The notes beneath the pieces were generated by a model, which saw only the letters and a list, made by a program, of their open reading frames with translations, was not told the origin of the DNA and made no database searches. The position numbers and the translations under genes are program-made. From assembly GCA_964187785.1 (NCBI GenBank), contig OZ076420.1, positions 15,934,001 through 15,998,000 of the forward strand: DNA of 64,000 nucleotides. The letters run 5' to 3'. This document shows positions 1 to 12,500 of the stretch, piece after piece (positions within the stretch are counted from its first letter, which is position 1; the number at the start of each line of letters is the position of its first letter). The stretch comes from Amphiscolops sp. MND2022. Lineage: Eukaryota.

Positions 1-30
1 CACCATAGAAAGTTTGACTCCCGTTTCCCG

Positions 31-439
31 TTTTTAGGAGTCGGAAAAAAATTCGACTATTTATGTAATCGGGACGTTTTTTTTCTCCCGACCTTTCAAG
101 GAAAATTTCAAATTTCTCAAGAACTCTCCATACGATTCGAGAGAAATTTTCTACAATCATTCTACACCATATTAAAGTCCTATATGCGTAATGGGTTCAA
201 AATCGTATGACTGTGATCTGAGAAACAGCCAAAATTAGCCCAGGAATGACCAAAAAACAGCCATTTTTGGTCTTTATTCGAATTTCTCAAACACTTTACG
301 ATTTGAAAGAACTTTTATGGAGTCTTTCTACACCATATAAGGGCTTACTATGTGCAAATTCACCAAAATCGTATGGCTGGGATTCGAGCGAATCAGAAGG
401 AAAAAGACCGACTCCTTTACCGAACATGCAGCTCTGGTT
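31..439. mobile_element. Interspersed non-autonomous repeat with internal ~135-bp modules (Helentron/HINE-like architecture), copy 1
   Basis: Closely matches 7818-8353; short subterminal inverted repeat GGAGTCGG (37-44) / CCGACTCC (408-415); both copies end CCGACTCCTTTACCG-ACATGC--CTCTGGTT. Confidence 0.5.
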
Positions 440-524
440 TATGTTCCTTTTCCCGTTTTTCCTAAATTATTTTCAAGTGGTTGATTAGCCATGATTCTAG
501 ATGAGTTGTTAATTTTTGTGACAG

Positions 525-3500
525 GTGCCATCGCAACTTTTGTACGTTGAGGGTGGATCTCAAATGGTCTCCGTTGCTTCCTCCAATCACAACCCGGGTT
601 GATAAATAATTGCGACAATTATATTCTTCTAACTTACATGGAATGTCACTTCTTAGGCTTTGAACGTTTCTATGCAACCTGAGAATGAAATCCGACTCAA
701 TAAAAGCATTGACGAAATCACCAGAATGTTGTTAGAACTAGTGGAGACCCAATTTGATTGTCATTTATGACCAAAAAACCGAATCAAATATCCAAATGCG
801 AGCACTAAATTAGATCTGGATAGCGAAAGGTCCTGTTTTCAAAATGAACATGAAAAAAGCTCGCCAGTAGTTGGTAAAAAAGCTCGCCGAATATTTATCG
901 GTTCATCTGACGTCATCGAAGAAGTATTTATTTCATGATCAGAAAAACTTATTAATTTCGCTTGAAACTCAACAAAACTTAAGTTTGTATCTTTGAACTA
1001 TAAGTTATAAATAACTGTTTCATTGTTTAAAAATGTAAATAAAAGTGTAAATTTTAAAAAAGTGTAAACAAAGTAGTTTTCAATTTCAAACATCCAACAG
1101 AGAATGAGCCCAATCAGCTCCTAAGGTCTCTGCTCTGCTAAAGAGAACCAATTCCTAATCAAAACAGTGACGCCCTGACAATTTTTCATCTGTACGTTCA
1201 TATTCTGACCAGGAGGAGCTGACCAGGAGTACGTTCATCTTAGGAGCTGATTGGGCTCATTCTCTGTTGGATGTTTGAAATTGAAAACTATTTTGTTTAC
1301 ACTTTTTTAAAATTTACACTTTTATTTCATTGACCTAATTTCATTCAACCCGGGTCATGCAAAAGACGAGGTGCTGGTCGAACACTACCACCAAGCGCCC
1401 CCGTCAGGTCACATGTACCAGATGAACCCGGCTGACATCAACTCGACAGGTCATCCAGGGGTCAACATGGAAGGTCAACACGAAGCACCCATATACACTC
1501 CCTCCAGGTGACAATCGCCTCGTTTTCTCCATTATTCTTCCCAAAATTTAATCATCCCGGTTTGCACATTGTCGAAAAACCCGAATTTTTAAAGGCTGTA
1601 AATTGTTCTGATAGATATGTAGATATCTGATAGATAAATTGTTATGATAGATAAATTGTTCTGGGCAATCAATTGGAATTATGCCTATTTCAATGATTTT
1701 TCCATTAATGAATATTTGATAGGACAATACTTTCTTTTTCAAAATTGTTTTTTGGATAAATAGATGCAAATTACGTTTAGAAATAACTGTTTATTATGGA
1801 GGTCACGTGATATCGATGCAATTATCTAACTTGTTCTATTCAAAGAAAGGGTTCATTTCGTTTGTGAATAACCAAATTCCAAAAAATGGAACTTTTCGCT
1901 CGAGCACCAATTTTTTTTCTGTAGGTACATGCAGCAGTTTCACCCAATCAACATCCAGACAGCGGGGCCCCCGTTCCATCGTAACCCCAGTCCCTCCTTC
2001 ATGTACCAGCAGAACAGACAGCAGACACTGCCTAAGATAGAAGAACTCATGGCTCCCCCTAGCGCCAACAGGCAGCATCATCGCACACTTCTATTCGAAA
2101 TTTTGAATAAATCCTTGAGTGAAATTCAATTTCATCGCAGTCACTTTTATCAATTAATGTTGTTGTCAAACAGGCCCCAAGCGGTTGTATCGGTAGAAAT
2201 TGTAATAACTCGTTTATTAACCAACTTCTAATCAGGCTAACAACTTCGATAGTTTTTTCATAAAGCATTTCAGTCAATCTGTATCTTTACGTAAATCAAA
2301 CTTTCTTCGCGAAATCTGTCAGTTGAAAAAATATTCCCACACCCTCAAAAAGTTACAGTAGAGGTTGAAAACAAAGCAAAAGTGTTCAAACCTTTTCCTA
2401 AACACAACAGAATAATTCACCAACTTTGTCTTTCGCAAGCCATGTTTCACAAAGTAATTAAAAGATATCTTAAATGATAAGTTGAAAGTCTACCAGTAAA
2501 TTAGTATAATACAGTCCGATGATCCCAGTCGTCCTAGGAGTTCGCAACCCCCCAGACAGGAATATGCTCCGGCTAATTCCGGCAATATCATTCACCATGG
2601 AAACGCTCCCCCGGCCACGACCAGTTACTACCCGGTGCCCCATCCAGCGGTTGTGAGCCAGCATCATGGACCAGTGTCTGGACCACATTATGAACCAATC
2701 AGTAAGTGCCATTAGTCTCAAAAATGAACATCTCGCAAAAATACTTTGGGAGTTTGCTGCAGGAAAACATAATTGAATTCTTTTGAACCATTCATGGTAC
2801 TCTGCAAACAATAAATAGGAGTTTATTGGATTAAATTGATGTTTTGTTCCATTACTGGATTTCAGAAACTGGTAAAAGTTTTGGGTCTAAATCTATTCAT
2901 CAAATTTGAAGTGTCCGTTTTTGGTTTTCCAGCACTGTGAGTTTCATTTAAAATCCAAGTCATTTTGGTAATATATTTTTTGAGTTGGGAAAAGTGAAGT
3001 TTTTGAGTTAGTCTGAGTCCGTGCAGTGGCGCCAAACTGTCCCATTGATTCTGTTTTTTTTTTAAATTTTAATGCGATGAAAATGTCCCCCTTTGATCTT
3101 TGGGTACTGTTTGACTTATTTAGCATCTGTTTTATCACTGGGAGTTTCCAAGCTAGCTGTTTTAACAAGTTCATTGCGCTGAAGTGTTTAACTTCATTTT
3201 TGTTAAGTTTTGTAAGACGTTAGTGTCCAACCTGGAAGGTTCTCCTTTGGGATTGTTTCTGCCTAATTCACTCCTCATCCACCCTCCTTTGTATTCAAAA
3301 ATTACTAAGTGAAAACACAGATTGTTATTTTTACTTATTGAAATCATCTTCTTCGTGTATGACGCTTTCGATCTAGTTTTTTCTAGCTCCTCACAGCAGG
3401 AGTACATGGTTGCTTGCTTTCACGGTTTGCCGGAATGCGTTTGGAGTTGGACTGCAAGCGGGGGTGGGACGTTTGTACTTTATCAACTTGAACAAACTTG

Positions 3501-6500
3501 AAAAACTGTTTTCTGTTTGTCAGAAAAAGGTTGCTGTCTCGGAAGGTACAGCGTTGATTCCGTTTTCCTCCCTTAGATTGGGAGTAGACCTCTCACTGGC
3601 TTGATAATCAAACGTAATACGTCGGTAAGAACTCTAACTAATGTAGAACGTTCATCTGTTTTACGGTTCATTCCCGAGAAAAGGCGATTATTACGATATT
3701 GCTCATGTGCGGGCTCCTGATGTTGGAGCGCCTTATAACCAATGTCGTTACTCAGACGGTTAAGAAACATCGTGAAGACGTGAGCTCTAGATCATCATCA
3801 TCATCATACTCATTGGTTCGAAAACCTATCTTTATTCTGTGATCTATGAGAAGAAAGCGATTGAAAGTTTGAATTGAAAAATTGTTTTCAATGAGAAATC
3901 GAAGGTCATTTACAAATTTATAAAGGTGTTAAAGTAAAAGTCGTCAGAAGCATTGAAGTGAAGTGATCAGCCGGTCTGTACGAGCGTATTTCGACACAAT
4001 TTGGCCACTTGATTAAGTCGCGTGACTGTTTTAACCCGCACCCTACTATTCAAAAGATGTGAACGCGGGCAAAGATGGTGCGATTGTGCAATTTCACCAA
4101 CAGGTGGCGTTATGCTACATGAATCACGACTATATAGTTTTGTGGTTAGAATGGTTAAACACATTGCATGTGAAAAAATAATTGAACTGCAGTGAACGAC
4201 TGTTTTCCAGTCGTTGTTATTGGTATCAGATAATAATAAAAGCAACGCTCATTGTACTAAAGGTTATGGATCGTTTAGCGATGACTGATATTGTCAGTCG
4301 TGACAGAGTGTTTACTGTTGCATGTACTTGAGTAAATGAATTTTTACAAACGCATCATTTGACGACTGACTGTTCCAGTCGTCCAGGTATTTCTGCAGCA
4401 CTAATAGTACTAAATGCTGAAGTTGATTGATGTATTTTCAACGACTGAGGTTATCAGTCGTTGTTTAGAGCGTACTTTATAATATCCAGTAAAACAAAAT
4501 TTAAATGCACCATTGTGAAGACTGATTCGTTCAGTAGTTCGCTAATTTGTAATTACATGTCTTCTAATATTCGGTATAAAAATCAAATGTTTATCCGCGC
4601 TGGGCACCCAGTTCGTTACTGCGTTGTCAATGACACTGTTATAGTATAAAAACCCTTATTTTTGCATATTTTTGAAATTAACAACTCCGTTAGATGATGT
4701 CCCTTTTTCAAATGAGCTTCCCAAAAAGCTGGAAAGTTCATTGATAATTTTTTTCAGGCAGTTTCAGTGATGTTTTCGACTTTTCCGAAAGTATTAAGCT
4801 TCCACAGATTTCGAATTAGTTGGAAGAATAATCTTTTACGCTTTTAGGAAGAGCAGTTTGGAGGTTATACATATGAAGTGACATTTAAAAAGACAAACTC
4901 AACAAAATTTTTGACCACTCACTCGCATTTTTTCCTGTTTTTCATCGGTTTCAAGATAAAGAGTATAAAGAGATCTCGAGATCGACACAAAAGGCTATCC
5001 AACAAGCTTTTAGGAGAGAAATTCTATACTGTTTGTTCAAAAACTGAAATATCTCTGAAAACACTTTTTCCTATAATGATTTTTCCATTATCGCTCTCGT
5101 ATTAGGTTTTGCTCTATCAGGAACCTGCTCTGACCAGAACTTTAATTTTAGTCGATTATTTCGAGCGGTCTGTAAAAGTTCTACGATGTTTTAATTTATT
5201 TTTGTTTTTTTTTAATGCAAGTTCTTGTGGCCTATGTGACTTGATAGCCGTTTTTTTTTCAGCTCCACTAACTGACGGATCCTTGCATTNNNNNNNNNNN
5301 NNNNNNNNNNNNNNNNNNNNNNNNNNNNNNNNNNNNNNNNNNNNNNNNNNNNNNNNNNNNNNNNNNNNNNNNNNNNNNNNNNNNNNNNNNNNNNNNNNNN
5401 NNNNNNNNNNNNNNNNNNNNNNNNNNNNNNNNNNNNNNNNNNNNNNNNNNNNNNNNNNNNNNNNNNNNNNNNNNNNNNNNNNNNNNNNNAATCGTCGTAA
5501 GGGGTTCTAGGACATTACGCCCAAAGACATTACGCTCAAGGACATTACGCCCAAGGAAATTACGCCCAAACGGAAATTACGCCCAAGGAAATTAGGCTAT
5601 TCAAAGAGAATAGCAGCGATTTTTTTCAGGTTATTATTTGAAGAGGTTAGCATGTTTGTTGTATGGCTCGGTCGCTTCGCTCCCTTCGCCAAGTATCAAC
5701 ATTGAGGCATGGCCATATTGGCACGTCGCTCCGCTTCGCTTCGCTCCTGCTTTTGGGGCACTAGGGGTATGTGAGCATAGCTGATTACATTATCGTAATT
5801 TCCTTGTGCGTAATTTACATTTGGGCGTAATGTCCGCTTTGGGCGTAATGTCCTTGGGCGTAATGTCCTTGGGCGTAATGTCCTTGGGCGTAATGTCCTT
5901 GGGCTAATGTCTTTGGGCGTAATATCCGGACACCGTCGTAAGGATCTTTCATGTTAGAAAATTTTTAAACTACTGTGGCGTCGCACTATATTAAATGTAT
6001 GATCACTTTGGTCGTGAGGGAGCGAAAATTCGGTCGGGTTGATAAAGACTTTTTCCTGTAGTATACTGTTCTACAGGAAAACTCGTCGAAAACAACTCGC
6101 CGAATGCAATTCGTCGAAAACAACTCGTCGAAATTGGAGGGCCGAAAACTGGTCGGAAAATAACCCGTCGAATATTAATTAAGTGCTAATTATTAATTAT
6201 TTTTCTTTAATTGATGCGTGAAGTTTCTTTTTTACGCATAATATAGCTTTTTTAGTTGTATAAACGCTTGAAATATTGTACAATTGTTTACTTTTATAGT
6301 TTATAGTGTAAAGATTTTGATGATAATACAATTTGACCACAAAATTAGCACTGTATTTGGCTGAATTGATTTTCCGTGCCAGAATTTTTGGCGAGTTGCT
6401 TTTCGATGAGTTTTCCTAGATTCGTTCTACAGAATTTCTATTTCCAATCCTCTTTTTCCGGCGTAGGTCCAGTGATAGTGGAGACTCCACAGATGCAGAT

Positions 6501-9500
6501 GTACCACAGCCAGCACTCCCAAGACGGGACAGCCCCCACTGGTACCCCCAACCCGCCGAATCCCCCCAACCCGGGTTCCAGTGCTCTGGATAACACCCTG
6601 CAACCCACAGACCAGCTGTTGGAAGCAGCTCCACCCGGGGAGCCCCCTGTCAAGAAAAAACGAGTCAAGAAAGTTAGCATCTGGAAATTAAATCAAAAAA
6701 GTTTCTGAAAGAATAAAAATCTCCGAAGATACATTTGCTCAAATTGTAAAAATTTTGAAGACCAAAAATGGAATTTAATGTTGCTTAGAACCTGAATAAC
6801 GTGGTTCAAAGACAAATTGATGAAAGTAAGATTCGAAAAAGTCCACTTTTTGCGTGTGAAACATTGCTTCAACTCGGGAGCGTTTTTCATACTGCGTGTA
6901 ACTTGACATAATTTTCACAAGTCTTGTATTTTTTGGAGTATTGTGGTGAATCTGGTGAAAAAAACACTAATTAAAAACTAAACAAACAGTCAAAATGTCT
7001 AGAAATCTATTTTTCTGAGAAAACCTTAAATGGCATTTCAGTTCGCCTTGACCCTCAAATCAAACAAGCAGGTATCCTTCGGAATACGAACTTTAGTAAA
7101 CATTGTGAGGTACTCTGCAATGTTTTTAGGCTGAGCGATTCTATGGTCCTTCTCAGCCGGGGTTGTTTTTAGTCGGCACTTTTTTCTTATTTTTTCTCCA
7201 GACCGCATACATCACATTGTAAGGTCCACTTTTTACAGAATTTCTATAGGCCTTCCTACCTTACTAGCAAGCAATCTCGGGTGCTTCCAAAGGGTATCAC
7301 CTTTGGGTACCATGTTGTAAAATTTTGTTGCAATAGCAGAGTCGGTTTGTTTATGCGTTCCTAATTTTAAACTTTGAATCTGCTGGGCAGCTTTAGAGGA
7401 AATGAGATTTAGCCTGGCGCTTTAATAGATATATTTTTGATGCTCCACTTTTTAAAAGAGTACTTTAGTTTTCAACTAATGCAGTTGAGTTGTTTTTCTA
7501 TTTTCATTAGTTTTGATTCTCTGCTTTTAGTGCTAGCAATAAAAGTAGTATTCACTGAGATGAGCAGAGATTTTTTTGAACCTTGGGCTTTTGATTTTCC
7601 CTGAAGACTACTCGAAGGATTTTCAAAAATTTCATTGGTTGCAGGGGCTTTTTTCAAACCGCAGTGACATGCTGACAGGATTTTCTAAGATGCAGGGAAA
7701 TTTTCAAAGATTTTTCTCTGCGCGCAGTCGGAATTTTGTAGGTTTTTCAAGAAATTACCGTATATGCAGGTCTGCAACATGCAAAAAGTTTCAGCAGCGT
7801 CGACTAGGGTTGGTATGTTTTTAGCAGTCGGAAAAAATTTCGACTACTTATGCAATCGTGACGTTTTTTTTCTCCCGACCTTTCAAGGAAAATTTCAAAT
7901 TTCTCAAGAACTCTCCATACGATTCGAGAGAAATGTTCTACAATCATTCTACACCATATTAGAGTCCTATATGCGTAATGGCATCAAAATCGTATAACTG
8001 TGATCTGAGAAACATGGCCTAAAGTAGCCAGAAATTGGCCAAAAAACAGCCATTTTTCGACTTTTTTCGATTTTCTCAAAACTTCTCCATACGATTCGAA
8101 CGAAATTTTCTGCAGTCATTCTACACCAAATTAAAGTACTATTTGTGCAATAACATCAAAATCGTATGACTGGGATGTGAGAAATATAGCCAAAATTAGC
8201 TCAAAAATGGCCAAAAACAGCCATTTTCCGACTTTTGTAAATTTTCTCAAAAACTCTATACGATTGAACTAAATTTTCTACAGGTATTCTACACCATATT
8301 AAGATAGGAAAGAGACCTCAGCCGACTCCTTTACCGCACATGCGACTCTGGTTAATTGTCTCTCTTTTTTTTCCAGGAAAAGCCGGAGTGTGACGACACC
8401 CAAGTGAGTCTGGTCCCTATTCCCAAAGAAGACGGGGCAGTCAGTGATTGCAGTGCTACTGAGGGCGGCATAGGAGTCGTGACTGCGGGGGGTGGAAAAC
8501 GAATGAGTACAGGTATGCTCCCATCGACCAAATTAAGATAATAATCCAATCCAGTTTTGATATAAATTGTGGCGGGAAAATGTGCAAAAAAAGTGATTCA
8601 GGACAATGTATTTTTGTTGAAAAAACTTCTGATGCAGTTATAACTGCTGGCATGCTATCAAAACTCTGAATCTTCCAAAAGTATAATTTATCTGGCATTT
8701 TTCACCGTGTGACACTTCTTGAAAGAACCAGGATTCAGCACATGATGAAAGTCCATGCAACTCCATTCATGGAACCAGGGATGTAAAATATTGTATTAAA
8801 AAATGATATCAAGGAAATCAATATTATTATTTATTGCTGGCTAACAATAAATATATTAAATATATCGACCAATATTGTGATGTGAGATTAAAATATATTG
8901 TTCGAACAAAGGTTTTGTTTATGAACATCTTGGACTGTATTTGTAACCATCATTAATTTTACCAACTTTCCTGAATCGACTTTTCAGTTGGTCGAGAATT
9001 TGAACTGAGTTTCGTGTATTTCGCGTATACGATCATAATAGCACATTTGTGTTCATACTTGTCAACATTAAAGTGAATATCAAAATATACTGGCCCAGAA
9101 CGCAAATACATTGCAACAAAAATTAAATGGATTGTATTGTACATATTATTTATTTATTGTCAAAATATTTAAATACAATACTTTTCCCATCCCTGCATGG
9201 AACCACGTGGTTTCATGCGATAGCTTCATGCTGTTTCCATACATGGAAGTGGATGCAATTGGAAGTGCAATTGGAAGTGGTTCTATGTATGAAACTGCAT
9301 GGAAGTCTCGTAAGTCCACATTCACTGGTAACTCCCCATCTTTTTCCAGGTAGGGGGAGAGGTCGGCCGAGACAGAGACCCAAAATCCAGGGACTGCCTC
9401 CCCCACAGGACAAGGAAGAGGCCAAGGAGCAGACGGCCACCTTCCACAGGGTGTACGAGCGAGTGCGCAGAACCGAGATCAAGAAGGGATACGACACTCT

Positions 9501-12500
9501 CGAGAACCTCATTCCTTTCCACCTCAGAAGTGACGTAAGCACCGTGCTTCCTATACTGTGGTAGCGATGAATGAATGAATGAATGAATTTTTATATTCGT
9601 ATTTGTTGCAATATAATATTGCGCTTAAAAATTACAGAGTTTGCATTTTACAGCGAACGTAGTTGATCATTTGTTATGAAACGCACGTACCCGAAAACGC
9701 ACGCTAACCACTCTGCCAAGTGGCACCCAAATAAGCAACGGAAACAAAGTCTTTTTAAATAGTGGACCTGGTAGTAGTGGACCCATAGTAGTTTAAATTC
9801 TGTCATCTGTCGGAAAAGAAAAGAAAAAACTGGTCACTTTGATAGTTGTCCATATTTCCTACAAATTGATCCGCGTAAAAAGGTGTTATTCGATTTTGAT
9901 TGTTAACTGAACGCGTTCTCAATCAACGATCGTACATTGGAGCATGACGTATATTAGGAGAATCACGGTAAATACATGTAAGCATATTCTGTATTATTCC
10001 ACAATTTCTGTTTCGTTTTCCAAAGTAATACAATTCTCTCCCAAGTTTTTGAGTTGAGTTGCCTACTGAATAAATGAATATTCTACAAAAATTAGGGTTC
10101 CGCGCTCGATCAAGTTTGGTGAAAAATACTGAATATAGGAACATTTACGCAATCGGTTTACTGCGCAATGTTTAACATTTACACGGACTGAAAGTGATCC
10201 ATCAACACAATTTGTATTGAAAAATGAAAATACAAAAAATTTCATGAGAATTCTCAAGTTTTCAAGATCCAAGATTCTGAAATGACAAGCTCCACATTCT
10301 TTTTCAACAGTTTACATGAGAATTATTGAACAATCCCGGATCCAAATTCATAAGTCTTCCATGCGATTCCATGCATGGAACCATATGGTTCCATACAATA
10401 ATTTCATGCCGTTTCCATGCATGGAATCGCATGGAATAATATGGTTCCATGCATGGAATCGTATGTAATCATATGGTTCCATGCATGGAATCGTATGGAA
10501 TTATATAATTGTAGGCATGAAGTCGGATTGAATCATATGGAAAACGAAGGAAACCACAGTAATGACATCTGAAAAATCGAAAACATTAAAATAAGATCTA
10601 AAACAACAGGAAGAACCTCTAGAATAAGATCTAAAATTACTGAAAGAACCACTGGAACAAGGTCTAAGAAAAAACGGAAATCACATCCGAAAATGTCGGA
10701 CTCGGTTCCAAACTGCAAACATAGTTTGCAGAAGCTGAAAACCCAAGTCCTTATACCTAACAGTTTGGAAGCACTCCGATTTTCCGGTTTTATTGTATCG
10801 TTTTCCGTTTTCCAGTTCAATTCAAATCAAATCCAGTTGTTTTCCAGTTGTTTCCGGAAAATGACACGCAAGTAGAACGAAAATTTGAAATTTTGAGAAT
10901 TTCGAATTTTTGCTTTTCGTTCCATACTTTCCATGCATGGAATCATATGGAATCATACGGATCATATGCTTCCATGCATGGAATTGCATGGATGCCTTAT
11001 GAATTTGGAACCGGGATTTCATCTCCAAGGAAAAGTATTTTGAGCAATTACTAGTTTTGATATTTTGATGAATTTCAGATTTTGGGCAAGAAGAAAAACT
11101 TTTCGACAACTGATGTGCTGAACTGTGCCCGGGACTACATTGAAGAACTCAAATCAGATGAAGTACAGCATCAAATCATCATCACTCAGGGATTATCAAC
11201 CTCTTTTTTATTTACCCATTTCATTTTACCCAATTGCTATAACAGCATTAATTAGCTAGTGTTCCAACTTCAGTAAAAGCGTAAGACAGAAAGAAGAAAG
11301 AAAATTTATTTCCCAATTTCGCGGAGTGGACGTCGAAAACGCAGTTCTGTTTTTCTAAGTCGGCGCCATTTTGGATACTATTCAATAAAAACGTAAGAGC
11401 ATTTGAAACAATATGTAAAGAAAAGTTTGATTAATTGGAATCATAACATGAATACCGAAATACATATAAACTAAAAAAAACGTATTCAAGCTGGACATGA
11501 AAAGAGCCTATTGGCTCATTAACGATCCTGCCCTAAAGAACAAAATTTAGATAAATTTTTAGAATGATGTTTTGAAACTATTTCAGCCCTCAAGGACTTT
11601 CCTTAAGTTAAGCACAACTACCGAAAAAACTTCAAAATCAGCACAATTCCTTATCACAGTAATATGCAAAAGAAGCTCTAATCTGTCAAACGTAAATTCA
11701 ACAACTACACCAAAAAGCTGAAGACACTCGATTTCACAAACAAAAAAATACAAATCGCGATTAATTTTAGCATATATAGGCATTTGACACAAAACTCTTA
11801 GGAGTAAAAACTTCTCCAATTTCGATCAGGTTTGCAGGGGTATTTTTTGTTTCGAAATCAAACAAAAATTCGAAAGTTACCATGTGAGATAACTTTTAAA
11901 ATTTCAGTTTGACTTCAAAACTAAAACTACCGTTGTAAATCTGATCGGAAATTGATGAACTTTTGCTTCTGAGATTTTTTTGAGAGTCTAGGTTTTTGGT
12001 TGCGTAGGGTAAATTCTGAGAGAAACGTCATGCTACTTTAGCTGTTTTGAAGTTGGTTGGTACACAACTTTTTATCTGTCTGTACTTCTAATTCAGTGAG
12101 ATTCACTGCTAATAGGTTTTTGGATAGGATTTTTGGACGCAAATCCGAGTATTTATCGGAAAAAAACGAGGATCTCTTTCACTATGAATATAAATGAGCC
12201 ACAAACATTTTCCCCTAGGGGAAAATAGAGTAAGAGTGGGATGTTTTCTGGTTTTCTGTTAAGAAATTGATTAGAATGACATTGAGTTCTAATTGGCAGC
12301 ATCAGGAATTACATTTGAAAAAATACTTTTAAAATTTATAAACATTCGATAATCCCTTGATGACGTCATTCAGATGGAGAACGAGCGGCAAATGTGGAAG
12401 AATAAGTTGCGCAAGTTAACTGTGGAGGCTATAAATAGAAACAGGATTCTCCTATCCAATGAGAGTCTTCCTGAGTTTGACACCATGGAGTACAAAACTT

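Noticed and set aside
3171-3780. Possible transposase relic on the minus strand
   Set aside because: Coding-like fragments but no motif I could assign with confidence.
4196-4540. CRISPR array
   Set aside because: Eukaryotic intronic context, repeats are not identical, spacers share motifs, and no cas genes are present.
5109-5510. 133-aa ORF
   Set aside because: Artefact of translation through the N gap.
7050-7460. Degenerate minus-strand coding fragment
   Set aside because: Interrupted by stops and not assignable to a family.
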